Positions 59,141 through 62,394 of a stretch of DNA of 62,394 nucleotides are shown piece by piece. The stretch's first letter is position 1. Every line of letters begins with the position of its first letter. This stretch comes from Octopus bimaculoides (taxonomy: Eukaryota): NCBI RefSeq assembly GCF_001194135.2, contig NC_068993.1:18170817-18233210 (forward strand), read 5' to 3'. The translations under genes were made by a program, and so were the position numbers. The notes beneath the pieces were generated by a model. It did not search any database, had not been told where the DNA came from, and was given only the letters and a program-made list of their open reading frames with translations.

Positions 59141-62100
59141 TAAGCTTCTCTAATTTTCTACTTACCAAATCCACTCATAAGGCTTTGGTTGGCCTGAGAC
59201 TGTAGTAGAAGACATATGCCCCTTGGTGGAAGTGAACTTGAAACCTGGTCGATAACAGCCTGGCCTCTATCTTTTGTCCTATCCAGCATGAGTATCCCCT
59301 CCCCTACCAGGAGCTAGTGCTCTGTTAGCATAGCGTTCAAGGTCATTGAGGTACACTATCCACAACATGGGTTGGACCTTTTGTCTGGTGGGTTGGTATC
59401 AAAAGGGTTAATGCAAGCAAGCCTTTGGTAAAATCAACATAAAACAACATGACAAAGTGAGACCTCTTAAATTACAAATTAAATTAGGATCCATCTGATA
59501 GGCTTCAGCACAGTTTCTAATTCCCCAATTTTACTCAGAAGGCTCAAGTCAAACAAAGGCTTTGGTAAATGACACTTGTTCAAGATGTCATGCAATGAGA
59601 TTGAACCCAGAACTTCAAGATTGTGAAGTGAACTTCTTAACCATTTGTCCATGTTGCATCGTACACAGGCTACATTAACTCTAAAGTTACTATATTTCCT
59701 GTTTGTGTTTTCAGGCAAATTCAAATTACAACCTCCAGCTGTAGTACTGGTTGCCTTATTAGGCCCAAATTTTTATGCTGGGTTGCAAGTAGTTATGACT
59801 GTTCCTCAAGGAATTAATAATGTTTCACACTGACTAAAAACTTTACCTGTCTTTGCTGTAACCATCATTAATAGCTTCTAAATTAGACAGGCCAGTGACA
59901 AAGCCCTCTATGTAACCATTTGATATAATAGAAGTGATAGTGAAATCTTCAAGTTAAATGGTTAAATTTAAGGCCAAGGTGGTGCTCCAGCATGGTTGTA
60001 GTCAAATGAGTGAAACAGGAAAAAGAATAAAAGGATTAATGTGTTTTTAAAATACTGTAAGGATATAGTTTGTTAATTACATAAATTACACTGTTTATGT
60101 TGGATTGTGTAGACAGGGGTATGCTGTTTTTTGTATGGTGGCATGTGCTGTAACAATGTTGCTGCAGCTACCTTTGTTGGTGATTCCTTACTTCTAGCAG
60201 ATGGTGCCTTTGCACCACTCATGTGATAACCTTTCAACTCATAAGTCTTTTTGCTAGTGAAGGTTTTATGAGATTGGTGTACAAATCCTATCTCAACTTC
60301 TTTTAGTCGCCTTTTATGACACACAAGAAACATTGTGCCTCTTCTTTGGCATGCCAGTCTTCATATGGCTGTATACTATCTGATTAAAAAAGACAAAAGG
60401 TGAGATGGCTATGTTTGGAATATCTTTATTTACTGACCTGCTTGATCAGAGCCAATATATGGTTAAACAACAGCACTAATGTAGTGTAATGAGTCATTAA
60501 TTGCCACACTGCACCTGCACACAACAACCACTGCATAACTGTGCAGATATGAAATGGGGGATATAAAAGGCTCATGTCATCAGCCCATGTCTTTTGAAAT
60601 TGTTTTTTTAACTCTAAGTCAGCCCTGACTTTGAAGACCTGATGAAGGGCATTCCAGCTATGACCATCATCATCATCGTTTAACATCTGCTTTCCATACT
60701 AGCATGAGTTGGACGATTTGACTGAGGACTGGTGAAACCGGATGGCTACACCAGGCTCCAATCTGATTTGGCAGAGTTTCTACAGCTGGATGCCCTTCCT
60801 AACGTCAACCACTCTGAGAGTGTAGTGGATGCTTTTACGTGCCAGCAGCACGAAGGCCAGTCAGGAGGTACTGGCAACGGCCACGCTCGAAATGGTGTAT
60901 TTTATGTGCCATAATAATAATAATATCTCATTGTGTTATCTAGGACTACATTAGCTAATGGGTCCTTTGCCTACTTAAAATGGCAGGGAGATTTGGTTGT
61001 GATTTCCAGCAGGTTAAATGACCATACAGAGGCTCCCTTTAGTACCATTCAGTATGTTGCTCACATTGTTGTTGTTTAACCCTTTAACATTCAAATTACT
61101 CTGTCAAATGTATGTTTTCTTTACTCACATTGTTTTGCATTATTCATGCATTATTCATACCTTGGAGCTTCAAGATTTCAGTGAGCTGACTTTGTTTTTT
61201 AGAATGACATTATAGGGCAGGTGTGGGAGTCTGGTTTTGGCCAGTTTGAACATGACACAGGTAGAAAATTTAGGTCAAATATGATCTGTTTAAATATTAA
61301 AAGATTAACTCAGGTTTCCTCTGATCCAGCAAACAAGATCAAAGACACTCCAATTGTAACCATCCTCTCTATTCTTTCAAGCACAGTGTATCCAAAGCTG
61401 TATTATCTGATCTGTTCTTCCTTCTTAAAAATAACAAAAAAACATTAAAAGTGTGGTTTGAAAGATATTTAGCTGCTATTTCCCCTTTGTAGGTCAAGCA
61501 ACTGTATAACTGTCTTCTCTGAAACTGACCAGTTTGATGACTTAGTTGTCAAATTGTTAATTTATTTTGATAAATGAGACAGCTAGATGGACAGTAGATA
61601 AATTGATGTGACTCAAGGGGCCTTGTTGAGTCAGCATGTTGCAGCTCTTTGCTTTTAGATTGTGATATATGGCTAAGAGAAATAAAGATCTGTAGTTTGT
61701 TGAAATAGACAGAAAACCAACACTTTCTTTTTTGCTGTTGCTATTATAATGGGTGGTGAGTTCAATACCTAGGTCAGTTTCTATTAAGTATTAAGTGAAA
61801 TTTGTCTTTATGTTCTGAGTTCAGATTCTACCGAGGTTGACTTTGCCTTTCATCCTTTCGGGGTCGATAAATTAAGAACCAGTTGTGTGCTGGGGTCGAC
61901 CTAGTTTACTGACCCCCTCCCCAAAAATATTGGGCCTTGTGCCTAGAGTCAAAAAAATATCAAGTTAAATGTTCTTTGGATGAAGCCTAGTAAACTAATA
62001 ACACCAGAAATAGTAGATGATTCATGCTGGAAGTCACTTGTACACATGAATATCAATATGCGTATTATTAGCTACATCCTAGATAAAATGCTTGCATATA

Positions 62101-62394
62101 CAAGCAGTTGTATGTATTTATGCTAGTTTGTAAGATGTTTACTTACATGTAAATTACTTGTTTTGCTCTTTTGTACTAAATATCTTACTAGAATATTACG
62201 ATACATGTATATATGAATGTCATTCTTAATTTTAATTTCAATTTTATTTTATTAATAACCCTTTTCTCTTCTCACATATTTTATATTCATTTTTGATAAG
62301 GTTTTTCAAAAAAACCGAAACATGTAAATTAATTAAAACACCTCAAAAATGTTTTAAAAAAGTGGCATTTTAATTTTTATTCATTTTCAATATA

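Noticed and set aside
8869-59205. Numerous long ORFs rich in X, YI, HT or CV in the supplied track
   Set aside because: They arise from N gaps and dinucleotide microsatellites that lack stop codons.
60073-60333. 86-aa minus-strand ORF in non-repetitive sequence
   Set aside because: No recognisable motif or convincing splice frame; its length is within chance expectation.
56439-62394. Search for the next Elovl4 exon (WW...SK...HxxHH)
   Set aside because: No matching frame was found; it presumably lies beyond the window.

Overview
AT-rich, microsatellite- and gap-laden eukaryotic DNA, most likely an octopus draft assembly (inferred from the SINE/LINE repertoire and the Elovl4 sequence; not database-checked). 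The one clearly supported host gene is the 5' half of a very-long-chain fatty acid elongase (Elovl4-like, + strand). It has three firm coding exons (44783-44855, 47740-47927, 56358-56438) and a probable upstream first exon (ATG at 17631) that splices in frame to add 13 aa; the exon with the catalytic HxxHH box lies beyond the window end. The rest is mostly transposable-element debris: a hAT transposase with only one in-frame stop, a decayed DD34D mariner, hAT/mariner/TTAA-type MITEs, RTE, CR1/L2 and Penelope fragments, and several tRNA-derived SINE families. Most interesting signals: the Elovl4 N-terminal extension/uORF choice, an array of ERE-consensus palindromes just upstream of the conserved start exon, three decayed hammerhead-ribozyme motifs (two bracketed by inverted repeats), and three young copies of a retroelement tail encoding tandem C2H2 fingers. 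Most ORFs in the supplied track are microsatellite, SINE or N-gap artefacts. No rRNA, true tRNA or CRISPR array was seen. Repeat coordinates were read by eye and are approximate (about +/-20 bp) unless a TSD or TIR is quoted.
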